A stretch of 64,000 nucleotides of DNA from NCBI RefSeq assembly GCF_023055435.1, contig NW_025964013.1, forward strand, positions 5,394,001 to 5,458,000, written 5' to 3'. Under the pieces are notes generated by a model. It was not told the DNA's origin. It searched no databases and saw only the letters and a list, made by a program, of their open reading frames with translations. Origin of the DNA: Haliotis rufescens (taxonomy: Eukaryota). Positions 13,003 through 24,847 of this stretch are shown piece by piece (within the stretch, counting starts at the first letter, position 1; every line of letters starts with the position of its first letter). The translations under genes and the position numbers were made by a program.

Positions 13003-14879
13003 AGTCACCAAGTTAAAACACACATGATGACAATATCTGAATATCTCCCTTTACCTCAAAACGGGCATTATCCCTTATGAGCGAGTACATCACCATGGAC
13101 TTTGTTTTTTGTGCACTTCTAGGATTGATACAATCCCCGGCTGGTTAACCTTCTATGTTATAGTGAGGTTGCTATGGTGACCCATTGGACAATGATGCTC
13201 ACCCTGTTGGACACTGGTGTGTTCCTGCACCGCCATTCCAGCCTCATTCACACTTCAAAAGACATTACTGCAATTACTGACTTTGTAATACTTGACTCAA
13301 CACTCATCCATCCTGTAATGTGTGCCTGTAACTTGCCTGTGTTATGTGTTTTTCATGGTATTATTTTTTTTTCATTTTAATGTAAATATTACGTCAGCGT
13401 ATATCACCTACCTTTGATAGAAATAAAGGTCTTATTTTTCCAAATGTTTCACAATTTGCGTTGTGGTGTTCTTCGTGGTAAACCCGTACTGCTTCCCTCC
13501 ACTTGCGAGCCGCTACGGCCGATTACACATCACGGTTGTATATCAATTCGTACCAGATATAATCCGATTATAGATCTTTATGTAAGAACACACATCCTTC
13601 CGTTGCATTTAATTTGTACTAAAATCTCGAAAGCAAAAGGAAGGAAATGGCAACATACAGTTTAGTCTTACAAAGGGCCGTGTTCTGCATCGCTCCAGTG
13701 AATGCGATCAACCCAATTCCACCCAGAACAGATATTGTATTCAACTGCTACGACTGTGAGCTTAATGTCCTAGTTACATTATTGTCATATTGCAGGGTAA
13801 CTTATTGTTAAACAATGTTACAATTGTAGTATATAAGTTACATTTACTGGAAGTTTACGGCATTGTGTTTGGACAATAATTAGTTGTCAGGAATGTAGCA
13901 CTACGTAATCAGCGTTGTGGAAGTTGCTATATTTAGATGGTTGTGTGGTCAAGAGTGATCTAGAATCTTCTGTAATGTTCCAGTGCCTCTACACTGGTCT
14001 GGCACTTTGTGAAAATTTCCAGATTGGATTTTTGGAAATAAGAGAACAAGAACGTGCTTGACCACTGTTGCTGCTTGGTTAATATTATCATCACTGATAT
14101 TTTCTATCACCACTGCTATCATATTTAATATTGCTATTGTGCTTGTACTGCCATTGAATTGTGTACTGTCTTTCAATTGTGTATAGTAGTTTTGTTCACG
14201 ATGGCTGTCCATTATTACATGAACATAACATTGTTGCACTGTAGCAAGTACATTGTGTACGCCAGACAGTATATTGTGAATGACACAAACACTAACAAGG
14301 ATCTCTCCGACAGTTTGCATGGGCGACAAACATGGCTATGTGTTGGATGGTGTTCACATTTGATGTTGATAAAAGAATATTAAAATTATGAACAGAGGGT
14401 TGCGCAACATAATTATTAGGTATACATATTTTACGAAGAGAATCATACTAATAAAAAAATAATGATCATCTTCTACATGATTATTTTACTATTGATACAC
14501 AACCCTTTTTCCCGTGAACGAAATCTTTCTTGTGCAAATGTATATTTAGAAAGAGTTATACATTTTAAATAGAGCGTAAACACCAATTGAAATTGGCGAG
14601 GTTTAACGCTGCAGATATAGCTGAAAGGTCAGAAGTCTTCCCTTCGGCAAGTATCCTCTCCCTGGCAGACCCACGGGTGTGTATGTATGTTACAGCGGAG
14701 CATACTCCAAGACAACTGGCATCCGGTTTACTACTCTGGAAATCATTGCTGGATTGAGAATATTCACAGTACACAACCATACCATATTCATACGAAATGT
14801 CCACTAAAACCGGTCGCAAAACAGCTTGTTTGATTCTTCAGTCGTAAGCTGTAATCCCCACCTCAAAGCGAATGTTAGA

Positions 14880-14933
14880 CAGTCCATCTGCCACCTGCTT
14901 CTCATCGTCTGCGGCCAGCAAACACAGGTAAGT
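14880..14933 (+). other. Candidate non-coding first exon and donor of paralogue 3
   Basis: Perfect CAG|GTAAGT at 14927/14928 in unique sequence upstream of the gene 3 acceptor (19002). The exon start is a guess. Confidence 0.35.
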
Positions 14934-15094
14934 TCCCAGTAGCCTGGTTCCCTGTCACGTATTGAAATAACCACAAACACAAATTTAGTTTTTAAAGATT
15001 TATTACATCCCTTAAGTTACGTTTAAACCCCAATAACAACACTTAAATGCAAACTAATTCTAAATTAACTAACACAACTAACTAAACTAGCTTA

Positions 15095-15330
15095 GTGGGA
15101 AGGCGCGGGGCTAGCAACCGCCTGGTGCTGAGATCATATCCCGCTGGTGGCCGGGTTGTTATTCAGCCTGGGCAAGTGACTTAGTTCAAATGTGCCTCTG
15201 TTCCCCCAGCAGGGAATGGGTACCCGATATGTGAGGTGGATGTAAAAACCTTCTGGCGATCCTGGCCAGCATGGGCTGATTTGTTTTCATGTGCAAGCAA
15301 TAGCTGCAGATATTCACTCGTTCGGGATAA
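15095..15330 (+). mobile_element. Old CORE-type SINE remnant
   Basis: CCTGGGCAAGTGACTTA...TGTGCCTCTGTTCCCCCAGCAG.GAATGGGTACC resembles the CORE domain. Confidence 0.45.
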
Positions 15331-15352
15331 TAACTTTCCTCACTTTATACAC

Positions 15353-15596
15353 GATCCGTGAAGATTCCGGGGTAGAATAGGTCTTCAAAAACCCATACTT
15401 GCCGTAAAAGGCGACTAACGGGATCGGATGGTCAGGCTCGCTGACTTGGTTGATACATGTCATCGATCCCAATTGCGTGGATCGATGTTCATGATATCAA
15501 TCACAGGATTGTCTGGTCCAGACTCGATTATTTACTGACCTCCGTCATATAGCTGGAATATTTCTGAGTGCGGCGTTAAACAACAAACCAACCAAC
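15353..15596 (+). mobile_element. Short retroposon family B, full length, no tRNA head
   Basis: 12-bp TSD CACTTTATACAC at 15341-15352 and 15597-15608. Starts GATCCGTGAAGAT and ends in an (AACC)n tail. Confidence 0.9.
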
Positions 15597-15892
15597 CACT
15601 TTATACACTGTGTACAATTGAAAAAACATTGAGTAGAAATAGTCTTGCTCGGTGAGGAAAGTAATTATGGAGAAATGGGAGGAGAAAGAGAAGGAGGGTC
15701 GTAAGCAGGGCGAATATAAGATTTAAACTATTAATCAGTTGATCCTTGGGACCACTGTCCTGGTCACCTCTTCGTATGAGTCCACATTTGGAATAGTATA
15801 TCAGTATATAGTATATTCCTGATGATAGTGATCCGGATGGCGGACTCGTTCCACCTTTCACATATACCCGTACTCTAATGTATTTCGTTTTA

Positions 15893-16330
15893 ACTTACTT
15901 ACTTACTTACTTTGGAGATTTAACGTGCGCTTTCCGACTGATGCGTATTTCGCACACGGGCCCGGCCAGGCCATTTAATGTGTTTCCGAAAGGGGCGAAA
16001 GTGGTGTGTGCAATCCAATAGGGGGCTTTAGGGGTTGCTTATATAGAATTTGGGAATTTTGAGATTTGGAATAGATGTCGATGGGATTGGGGAGGAGAAC
16101 TAAGGGAGCTGGGTATGGTGGATGTTTGTTTGTTTATGTATTTTTGATTTGGTAGATTATAGTGTTTTTAGATGCGTTATATTAGTTCCGTTTTGATTAA
16201 GAATACGCCTAAGGCCTTGAAGTTTTCTAGTTTATTTTGTGGGTTTAGTATTGCTTCTAGAGTGAGAACCTTGTTTAGATTGAGGGTGGTTTGTAATGCG
16301 GTTCGATGTGTTAGGTAGTGTGTGCAGTTT
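15893..16330 (-). mobile_element. 3' end of a LINE (I/Nimb/Jockey-like)
   Basis: The minus strand encodes NCTHYLTHRTALQTTLNLNKVLTLEAILNPQNKLENFKALGVFLIKTELI* (post-CCHC C-terminus), followed by a 3' UTR and a (GTAA)n tail at 15893-15912. Confidence 0.6.
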
Positions 16331-16854
16331 TAAACGTTGAAGTCACATCTGTACCACCCGACATCTCGCGTTCACAAAGAATCGGAATCCCGGGCTATTG
16401 TTTGTACTTGATGTTTACACCGATAAACAATGACAACAATATAAACAATGTGGGTGTTTGTTCAAGAGGTGCTAATTAAGGAGATTACTGTGAGGGGTCC
16501 AACTCCACGAAGACAAGCTTTAGTTACTGTTGTTATTATACACAATTGTTTGGGAAACAATGAACTTACTGAAAAGGAAGTAAAGCGATTAAATACGACA
16601 AAGTGGGGCCAACCCAAATAACAAGGCACACACAAAAACGTAACTTAGGAATACCTGAACAAAAGAGTCTTAACGTCATTGTCTAATGACACTGTGTTGT
16701 TGTTCTGAAGACTCGCATACACAAACCACTAATTGACCTGGCGGGCCCGTGTGAGAAATACGCATAAAGTCGGGAAAACACCATCTCTCTCTAGCACTGG
16801 TCCATGACACCATACAAGCAGACACAGGTGACTAGTTACACAGTTTGGTTTGAC

Positions 16855-17295
16855 GACCCGTGAAGATCCGGGGTAGAATTGGTGTTCAGCACCCCATGCT
16901 TGGCATAAGAGGTAATATTCTTGTCGTAAGCGACGACCAACGGGGCCGAGTGGTCAGACTCGCTGACTTGGTTGTTGCATGTAATTGTATCGCAGTTGCG
17001 TGGATCGATGCTAATGATGTCATTCACTGGATTGTCTGGTTCAGACTAGACGGGGGCGGTCGGGTAGTCTAGTGGTTAAAGCGTTCGCTCGTCACGCCGA
17101 AGACCCGGGTTCGAATCCCGACATGGGTACAATGTGTGAAGCCCATTTCTGGTGTCCCCCGCCGTGATATTGCTGGAATATTGCTAAAACCGGCGTAAAA
17201 CCATACTCACTCACTCACTCAGACTAGACGATGTACAGACCGCCGACATATAGCTGCAATACTGCGGAGTGTGGCGTTCAACAACAAACAAACAA
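16855..17295 (+). mobile_element. Family B retroposon, interrupted by a family A SINE
   Basis: Starts GACCCGTGAAGATCCGGGG, resumes at 17221 and ends in (AAAC)n. Confidence 0.85.
17053..17220 (+). mobile_element. tRNA(Asp-like)-derived SINE family A, nested
   Basis: A box TAGTCTAGTGG, GTC anticodon-like loop, B box GGTTCGAATCC, (TCAC)n tail. TSD AGACTAGACG at 17043-17052 and 17221-17230. Confidence 0.9.
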
Positions 17296-17505
17296 ATATA
17301 CCTGGTGCTGACGTTTTATATTTCATGATTATGGAAAAAAAAGATTTTTGTTACTAAGTTATTTGTTCGGTTACTGCTTTAGGATGTTGTTTTCATTAAT
17401 AGAGAGAGCCAAACACAGTGTTCAGGACATCCAGACAATCATTATTATTATCGTTGTTGTTATTAATAAACCCGAGTAATTTTGCCATAAAGCACCATGT
17501 AAATA

Positions 17506-18859
17506 TACTGAGTCAAATTAAAAACTTCACATTTTAAAAAGTAATCCCTTATATGATATACAATGGACAAATGTATCAGAGAAGGTAATTTTTAATCATT
17601 AATGTCCAAAGAAGGATTTTAATTAACGGTGGTAACCATAATTTGTTCCACGCACCTACGGTATTCGGTAATAACATCAACAGTTTAAATCATTAGTCCC
17701 AAGCACGAGAATCTGATGGCACACAAGTTCAGTAGCGTGTATGGCCACCATGTGCGTTGACAACTGCCACACAACGCCTCCGCATGGACCTTGTGATGCT
17801 TTTGAACACATGATTGGGAAGACACGCCATCGTTGCTGCAAAATGGTGCCAAGATCTTGCAAATTCTGTGGTTGGTTCTGGAGAGTACGCAGACTTCTGC
17901 CAAGAGCATCCCAGACGTGTTCGATGGGATTGAGGTCGGGAGACCTTGACGGCCAGTCCATGACGTTGACTCCCGCATTTTGAAGGAAATTCCTCGTCAA
18001 AATTGCTGTGTGGGGTCTGGCATTGTCGTGTTGGAAGATCGAACCGGGTCCATGTACTGCCATAAAAGGCAGAAGTTCTGGTGCCAGTACCTGGTCGCGG
18101 TAAGCAGCAGCGTTGAGGTTGCCACGGATGACAAGAAGCCTGGAACGTGCATTGCCACAGAAAGCACCCCACACCATTATGCTTCCGCCTTCGTCTGTGT
18201 AATTGAGTCAGAATCGGCCCGCAGTATGGCCGTCGTGCTTGAAGGTGAACAGTTCTCAGACGGTTTCGAACAGTTTGCGCACTCAGTCTACCCCTAAACA
18301 GTTCATTTCTGGTTGATGTAGCCGTCAAAAATCGGTTACGGGGGTGGCGTAAGACAATCTGACGATCCTCTGCATGTGACGTCACACGTGGTCGACCTGG
18401 CCGAGGGCGATCAGCGTTGGTACCCGTTTGCTGTAGACGCGTCTGTAAATCATAAACAGTCCGTCGACAGCCCATCGTCCTTGCGACTTCAGCTACGGAC
18501 GTTCCCGTCTGCAACATGCCGATGGCACGTTCACGTTGCACATTTGAGAGGCGTGGCATGACAAATGGCCGTAAAGACTTTTGTTTTCTTGTGTTTTTCT
18601 TTTTTTGTTAATGACCGCTAACAAGTGTGGCTGAAAACACGTGCGGTATTATGGCCACGTGACCAGTTGCACGTGAAAAAACACCTTTGCCACTATAGTG
18701 CTGTGCACATGATTTTGATCGATTCACCTGCACAAAAACGGGTGTTATCTGAAGACAATACGTGGCCATTACTGTTTAAATACACAATAAGGGTCCACAA
18801 TGATCACTGGTCAAAATGTTAAAATTTTAGGATTGTGAAGTTTTTAATTTGGTTCAGTA
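17506..18859 (-). mobile_element. Tc1 (DD34E) DNA transposon, internally deleted and frameshifted
   Basis: 26-bp TIRs TACTGAGTCAAATTAAAAACTTCACA (2 mismatches) with TA on both flanks. Transposase 18559-17729 has an HTH, GRPR, MVWG and FQHDNARPH-...-SPDLNPIE with 34 residues between D and E. Confidence 0.93.
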
Positions 18860-19016
18860 TACATCATGCTTTAAAATAATATAACATAAATCTTTCCTCC
18901 GTCAGATTTCAAATCGAGAGCTTTCCTTTCAAACGTGTCAGTATTGGTAGCATAATATATGATTCTAAGACAATGATATGATATGTTTCTGTTATCTTCC
19001 AGGGTATCCAATTACC

Positions 19017-22000
19017 ATGGTTACCGAGACGCGTGGACACTCTCCTGTTCTTATCATGAGCTTGCTGCTCAACTGGACAATGCTTATCCTCAACTTGTTG
19101 ATTTTCTCCCTTGGACGGACGCCACAGCTGGTGGGTGGCTCCTATAGTAAGTAAACACTCCCACCTGTCTGGGTTGACAGCGACAACAAGAGGGAAACAC
19201 TCCCACCTGTCTGGGTTGACAGCACCTATAATAGATAAACACTCCCACCTGTCTGGGTTGACAGCGACAACAAGAGGGAAACACTCCCACCTGTCTGGGT
19301 TAACAGGCCTGTAGTAAGTAAACACTCCCACCTGTCTGGGTTGACAGCACCTATAATAGATAAACACTCCCACCTGTCTGGGTTGACAGCGACAAGAAGA
19401 GGGAAACACTCCCACCTGTCTGGGTTAACAGGCCTGTAGTAAGTAAACACTCCCACCTGTCTCGGTTGACAACGCCAACAATAAGTAAACACTCCCACTT
19501 GTCTGGGTTGACAGAGCCTGTAGTAAGTAAATACTCCCACCTGTGCGGGTTGACAGAGCCTGTAGCAAGTAAACACTCCCACCTGTCTGGATTGACAGCG
19601 CCTGTAGTAAGTAAACTCGCACACCTGTCTGGGTTGACAGCTCCTGTAGTAAGTAAACACTCCCACATGTCTTGGTTGACAGCGCCTGTAGTAAGTAAAC
19701 ACTCCCACCTGTCTCGGTTGACAACGCCAACAATAAGTAAACACTCCCACTTGTCTGGGTTGACAGAGCCTGTAGTAAGTAAAAACTCCCACCTGTGCGG
19801 GTTGACAGAGCCTGTAGCAAGTAAACACTCCCACCTGTCTGGGTTGACAGCGCCTGTAGTAAGTAAACTCTCACACCTGTCTGGGTTGACAGCTCCTGTA
19901 GTAAGTAAACACTCCCACATGTCATGGTTGACAGCGCCTGTAGTAAGTAAACACTCCCACCTGACTTGGTTGACAGAGCCTGTAGTATGTAAACACTCCC
20001 ACCTGTCTGGGTTTACAGCACCTGTAGTAAGTAAACACTCCCACCTGTCTAGGTTGACAGCACCTATAATAGATAAACACTCCCACCTGTCTGGGTTGAC
20101 AGAGCCTGTAGTAAGTAAACACTCCCACCTGTCTGGGTTGACAGAGCCTGTAGTAAGTAAACACTCCCACCTGTCTTGGTTGACAACGCCTGCAGTAAGT
20201 AAACACTCCCACCTGTCTCGGTTGACAGAGCCTGTTGTAAGTAAACACTCCCACCTGACTTGGTTGACAGAGCCTGTAGTATGTAAACACTCCCACCTGT
20301 CTGGGTTTACAGCACCTGTAGTAAGTAAACACTCCCACCTGTCTGGGTTGACAGAGCCTGTAGTAAGTAAATACTCCCACATGTCTTGGTTAACATCGCC
20401 TGTAGTTAATAAACACTCCAACCTGTCTGGGTTGACAGAGCCTGTAGTTAATAAACACTCCCACCATTTCAGGTATACATCGCAAGTAGCGCCTTGTAAG
20501 CCCATCTGCATGGGTGGGTGATGCTTGTAAGATGTGAACACACATGGGAATCCCACCTTTATGGGTGTTAAATGCTTTTCTAGATGAACAACCACTGTGA
20601 ATCCCATATTGCCTTCAGCAATGTTCAGCCTTCAGCAATGTTCACAGTCCTATCGCTTCATACAGTGTACCCATGTGGCGAATCGAACCCGGGACTTCGG
20701 TAAGAAGATCCGGGATAGAATAGATCTTCAACAACCCATGCTTGTCGTAAGAGGCGGCTAACGGGTATCCTGTGGTCAGGCTCGCTGATTCGGTTGATGC
20801 ATGTCATTGTTTCCCAAATGCTTGGATCGATGCTCATGATGTCAATCACTTGATTGTCTATTCCAGACTCGATTATTTACAAACCACCATCATATAGCTG
20901 GAATATTACAAACAACACAATTCGGTATGATAAAGAATGCTTCAACCACTAGGTTAGGTTTTCATTTGTAGAGCCAAAATGTACCTCCTGTTTATTCACA
21001 CATGACGATCTAATCTTGTGTGATGTTCCATAACAGAACTACTGATCTACGACATCAAAGACATATCTGACAAGTATGCTGTAGAGATTACTCCGGCCAG
21101 TCCGATGCTCGCTATCTGGTGGGTCATCTTTGTGTGGCAGGGACTGTGGATGGTGTTCGCCCTCATCAACATCTGCAGGTACGTCATCCCACGCGCTCCC
21201 AGAAATACACGCCCCATGACAGGATCCGCTGATAGGGGGTTCGAATCCAAATCTGTCCCAATTCAAAATTTGACAGTACCATACCCGTACTCGGGGGTTT
21301 CACCAAGGTGGTAAATGTCTGAGACCTTCACCATATTGGACCGTTTTCCTACATTAAGATTAAGTAATATTACTTAAATAATACAGTGATATTACTTAAT
21401 ATTACTTAAATAATGCTTGACAGATTTAAACTCACTCGCTCAGCAATACAGCGTAAATGTGCTACAAGCTGCCCTCTGCAATATACACCGTGTTAATGGA
21501 GGCACTATTGTTACGAGGCGATTTCCAAATTGAAACAGGAAAAGCCAGATTCGGTTCGTACAGAACTAAATTGTGAAATCAGTAAAGGATCACACAAGAT
21601 CAATGAGAATCAGCACGTGATATTAAAACACAGGTTTAGGGTGACAATACAAAGGCAATACAATGGGTCCATTAAGTATAAGGGGCGGTCGGGTAGCCTA
21701 GTGGTTAAAGCGTTCGCTCGTCACGCCGAAGACCCGGGTTCGATTCCCGACATGGGTACAATGTGTGAAGCCCATTTCTGGTGTCCCCCGCCGTGATATT
21801 GCTGGAATATTGCTAATGGCGGCGTAAAACCATACTCACTCACTCACTCACATTAAGTATAATTACGAATGTTCCTGGGTTTTTTCTGTGGAATGTCTTG
21901 AACCTGACTCTTGAGTCCCAAATAGTGTTGGAAGCTTGCAGGAATTCGAGGTTTTCTTATGAGTATCAAATCTGCACTTGAAAAGTACTTGACTCAAGTC

Positions 22001-23177
22001 GGGTCGAAAAAGACCTGGGTTCAGTGTCATGTAGCTCCTATCGGTACAGCCAGTCTTCTAGAACCACCTTAAACAAACCAGCAACAATCGCCACACCACA
22101 CTATGCATTCATGGTCAGCAGTAAAGCTGATAATAAACCTGGCACAGCAGAGTGCTGTGCAAAGACTCGGTTGTGGATGGACTGTATTATAGCCGTGGTG
22201 TTGGCTCTTTTAATAGCTACGAAGACACAACAACAGTCTATGTACGATAACCTGGCCACATCTGGCCCCGGCAACACCTATTTTTCTTTTTTCTCATAAC
22301 AATGATCGTCTAATGTATTTAAAATTCATATTATCTGTTTCGCCTGAATACGTCGCTCACTCACTCATAGCGGAAAACGCTTATACGAATATATTAATAA
22401 CTTTCAATGAACATAAAATAATACATCAGTAAGTTGTTTGGCGCATCTACTCATGCACTGGAAATGAAACCGAATCTTTATTTTTTCAGGAAATCCCGCC
22501 ACGGCCCAGTGTACGTCAGCCCGGTATTACTGAGTCCTACGTTATTCCTGACCTCCGCCCTCAACTGGGGCGTGGTCCTTGGGTGGAGCCTCCTGTTTGA
22601 CCGGGAGTACCTATGGTTGGCCTTCGCGTTCCTGCTCCTCACATGCCTGTCCACGTACATCTGCCTGGGTCTGTCCTACCGGGACATGGCCGCCCACAGA
22701 CCCACCCTCGTCAAAGAAGGCAGGAGGGTGGATGTCTGGCTGGTGCGGGTGTTAGTCCAGAACGGCCTTGCCATGTATGCAGCTTGGTGTACTTTTGCCA
22801 CGTTGCTTAACCTTGCAGCAGCACTCGCCTATGCAAGAGACTTCGGAATCTCACCAAGAACGAGCTCAACCATTTCGCTTGGCATCCTCGCTGGTGAGCT
22901 GGTGTTATTTGCTATCTCTGACTGGACATTTCTTGATAAGTATTCCCGTTACACCGTTTCTCCCTACCTTGTGTTGATAGTGGCGCTCACTGGTAGCGTG
23001 GTCCAGAACTGGCAATTAGGGGCAGCTAACTCTATATTCACCGTGGTGTTGCTTGTCGTATCGGTGATCGCATTTTTGGTGAAGATTGGACTAACAATTC
23101 TCCGACATATTCGAGAGACCGACAGAAGAAAGGAAGCAGTGACAACGCTTGATGATAACTTTACATTTCGCTTCTGA
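19017..23177 (+). CDS. Paralogue 3: TspO-like 8-TM membrane protein, 319 aa, three coding exons
   Basis: Exons 19017-19146 (MVTETRGHSPVLIMSLLLNWTMLILNLLIFSLGRTPQLVGGSY, A|GTAAGT), 21037-21178 (KLLIYDIKDISDKYAVEITPASPMLAIWWVIFVWQ..NICR, CAG|GTACGT) and 22490-23177 (TTTTTTCAG|G). Phases 1 and 2, all in frame. Upstream acceptor at 19002; AATAAA at 23254. Confidence 0.88.
19141..20463. repeat. 42-bp minisatellite, about 31 copies, starting at the gene 3 splice donor
   Basis: Unit CCTGTAGTAAGTAAACACTCCCACCTGTCTGGGTTGACAGAG. The first unit overlaps the exon end CCTATA|GTAAGT. Confidence 0.95.
20665..20912. mobile_element. Family A fragment (-) abutting a family B copy (+)
   Basis: GTACCCATGTGGCGAATCGAACCCGGG (reverse family A), then GAAGATCCGGGATAGAATAGATCTTCA... 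to GCTGGAATATT (family B). Confidence 0.75.
21235..21360 (+). mobile_element. Degenerate family D SINE fragment in the extra intron of gene 3
   Basis: GGTTCGAATCC B box, and ACCATACCCGT.CTCG.GGGTTTCACC.A.G.GGTAAA.GTC matching 24703-24745. Confidence 0.6.
21682..21850 (+). mobile_element. Family A SINE, full length
   Basis: 12-bp TSD CATTAAGTATAA at 21670-21681 and 21851-21862. Near-identical to 17053-17220. Confidence 0.92.
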
Positions 23178-23499
23178 ACGTCAACAAGCTGTGGTACATT
23201 TTCATAACAATTGTCAATACGTGTTCATTTTACCTGTTTTTGTACGCTTTTGTAATAAAGCACATGATTGATTTTCCACCACTGTCCTTATGTCCTCCTG
23301 TAGTATCAAGATCTTAAATCGTTTTTGACTGAGCTCGTTGTTGTGGTAGATAAAAGTTAACTCTTCGTTTACTTGCCTTCAATCGTTGGACCAGATATAT
23401 GATATTATGTATTGAGAGAGAGTCTATACAATTCTGTCAAGAGCTGAACCTATCTAAAAGTATAGCTCCTCCTTGTAACATGACAATCTGTACCATAAC

Positions 23500-24215
23500 A
23501 TATTACATAGAGGGTGTCGATACTTTTCAACAGCTGAACGTGTTATATTGAGGATATCGACCCTTGTCAACAGCTTAACGTATTATATAGAGCGTGTCGT
23601 TCCGTGTCAATAGCTGAACATGTTATATAGGGGGTGTTTGTCGTTGACAACGACTGGACACGTTATATTGAGGGTGTCCATCCTTGTCAACAGCTGAACA
23701 TGTTATGTAGGGGGTGTCTGTCGTTGACGACGGCTGAGCAAGTTATATAGAGGGTCGATCCTTGTCAACAGCTGAACACGTTATATGGAGGGTGTCAGTC
23801 GATGTCAACAGCTGAATATGTTATATACAGGGTGTCAGTCAATGTCAACAGCTGAACACGTTATATAGAAGGTGTCAGTCGATGTCAACAGCTGAACACG
23901 TTATATAGAGGGTGTCAGTCGATGTCAACAGCTGAACACGTTATATAGAGGGTGTCAGTCGATGTCAACAGCTGAACACGTTATATAGAGGGTGTCGGTC
24001 GATGTCAACAACTGAACATTATATAGAGGGTGTCGATCCTTGTCAACAGCTGAACATGTTATAGAGGGGGTGTCTGTCATTGTCAACAGCTGAAGACGTT
24101 ATATAGAGGGTGTCAATCGATGGCAACAGCTGAACACGATATATAGAGGGTGTCAGTAGATATCAACAGCTGAACATTTTATATAGAGGGTGTCAGTTGT
24201 CAACAGCTGAACGAG
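23500..24215. repeat. 40-bp minisatellite, about 18 copies
   Basis: Unit TGTCAACAGCTGAACACGTTATATAGAGGGTGTCAGTCGA; the central copies are the most homogeneous. Confidence 0.93.
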
Positions 24216-24568
24216 ATAACAACACGTCTTCACCTAGCACAACAATAGCGTCGCACTGTCTCTGTCGCCAACCTGTCTCTTTGTGTTAAAAGAGTCGGTG
24301 TCAACACAAGTGAATAAATGGTGTGTAAATTACCTATTAAATATTTTCGTAAATTCGCATAATCCTTAAAAGCTATAAAATAATTTATCATACCTCCATA
24401 TCAGAATGATTAGATCTGATTGGTCCACATGATCTTGATAAAATACTGTGTAACCCGCCTTGGAGGGTAAGAAATTTCTTATCGGTGAAATAATTCTTTT
24501 ATAACCCACCACGAGCAATGCAGACTGCACTGCATTTCTGAGAGACCGAATAAATCCCTTACACCCCG

Positions 24569-24847
24569 GGGGGCACCGGTGGTCCAGTCGCCTAAGGCGC
24601 CGCAATTCGCTGTGCAGAGTTGCGTCCCTTGGGCTAGCCAGAAACCTATGATTGTGGGTTCGAATCCCGGTTCGCCCCGATTATGTTTCTAGGTTTGTCA
24701 GCACCATACCCGTGCTCGTGGGTTTCACCGAAGCGGTAAACGTCCGTGACCTGCACCACTTCGGGCTTTCCTCCCACATTAAGCTGACACGCCGTGATAT
24801 AACTGGAATATTGTTAAAAGCGGCGTTAAACCCAACTCATTCACTCA
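24569..24847 (+). mobile_element. tRNA(Leu/Ser-like)-derived SINE family D
   Basis: 12-bp TSD CCTTACACCCCG at 24557-24568 and 24848-24859. A box TGGTCCAGTCG, B box GGTTCGAATCC. The 3' tail is shared with family A. Confidence 0.85.

Noticed and set aside
13860-14860. 126-aa and 84-aa minus-strand ORFs, possibly a decayed TE gene
   Set aside because: No recognisable motif or boundaries; cannot be classified without a search.
19226-20607. Long ORFs (351 aa +, 418 aa -) with 14-aa repeats
   Set aside because: By-products of a 42-bp unit (multiple of 3) inside intron 1 of gene 3. They are open on both strands and not in frame with the exon.
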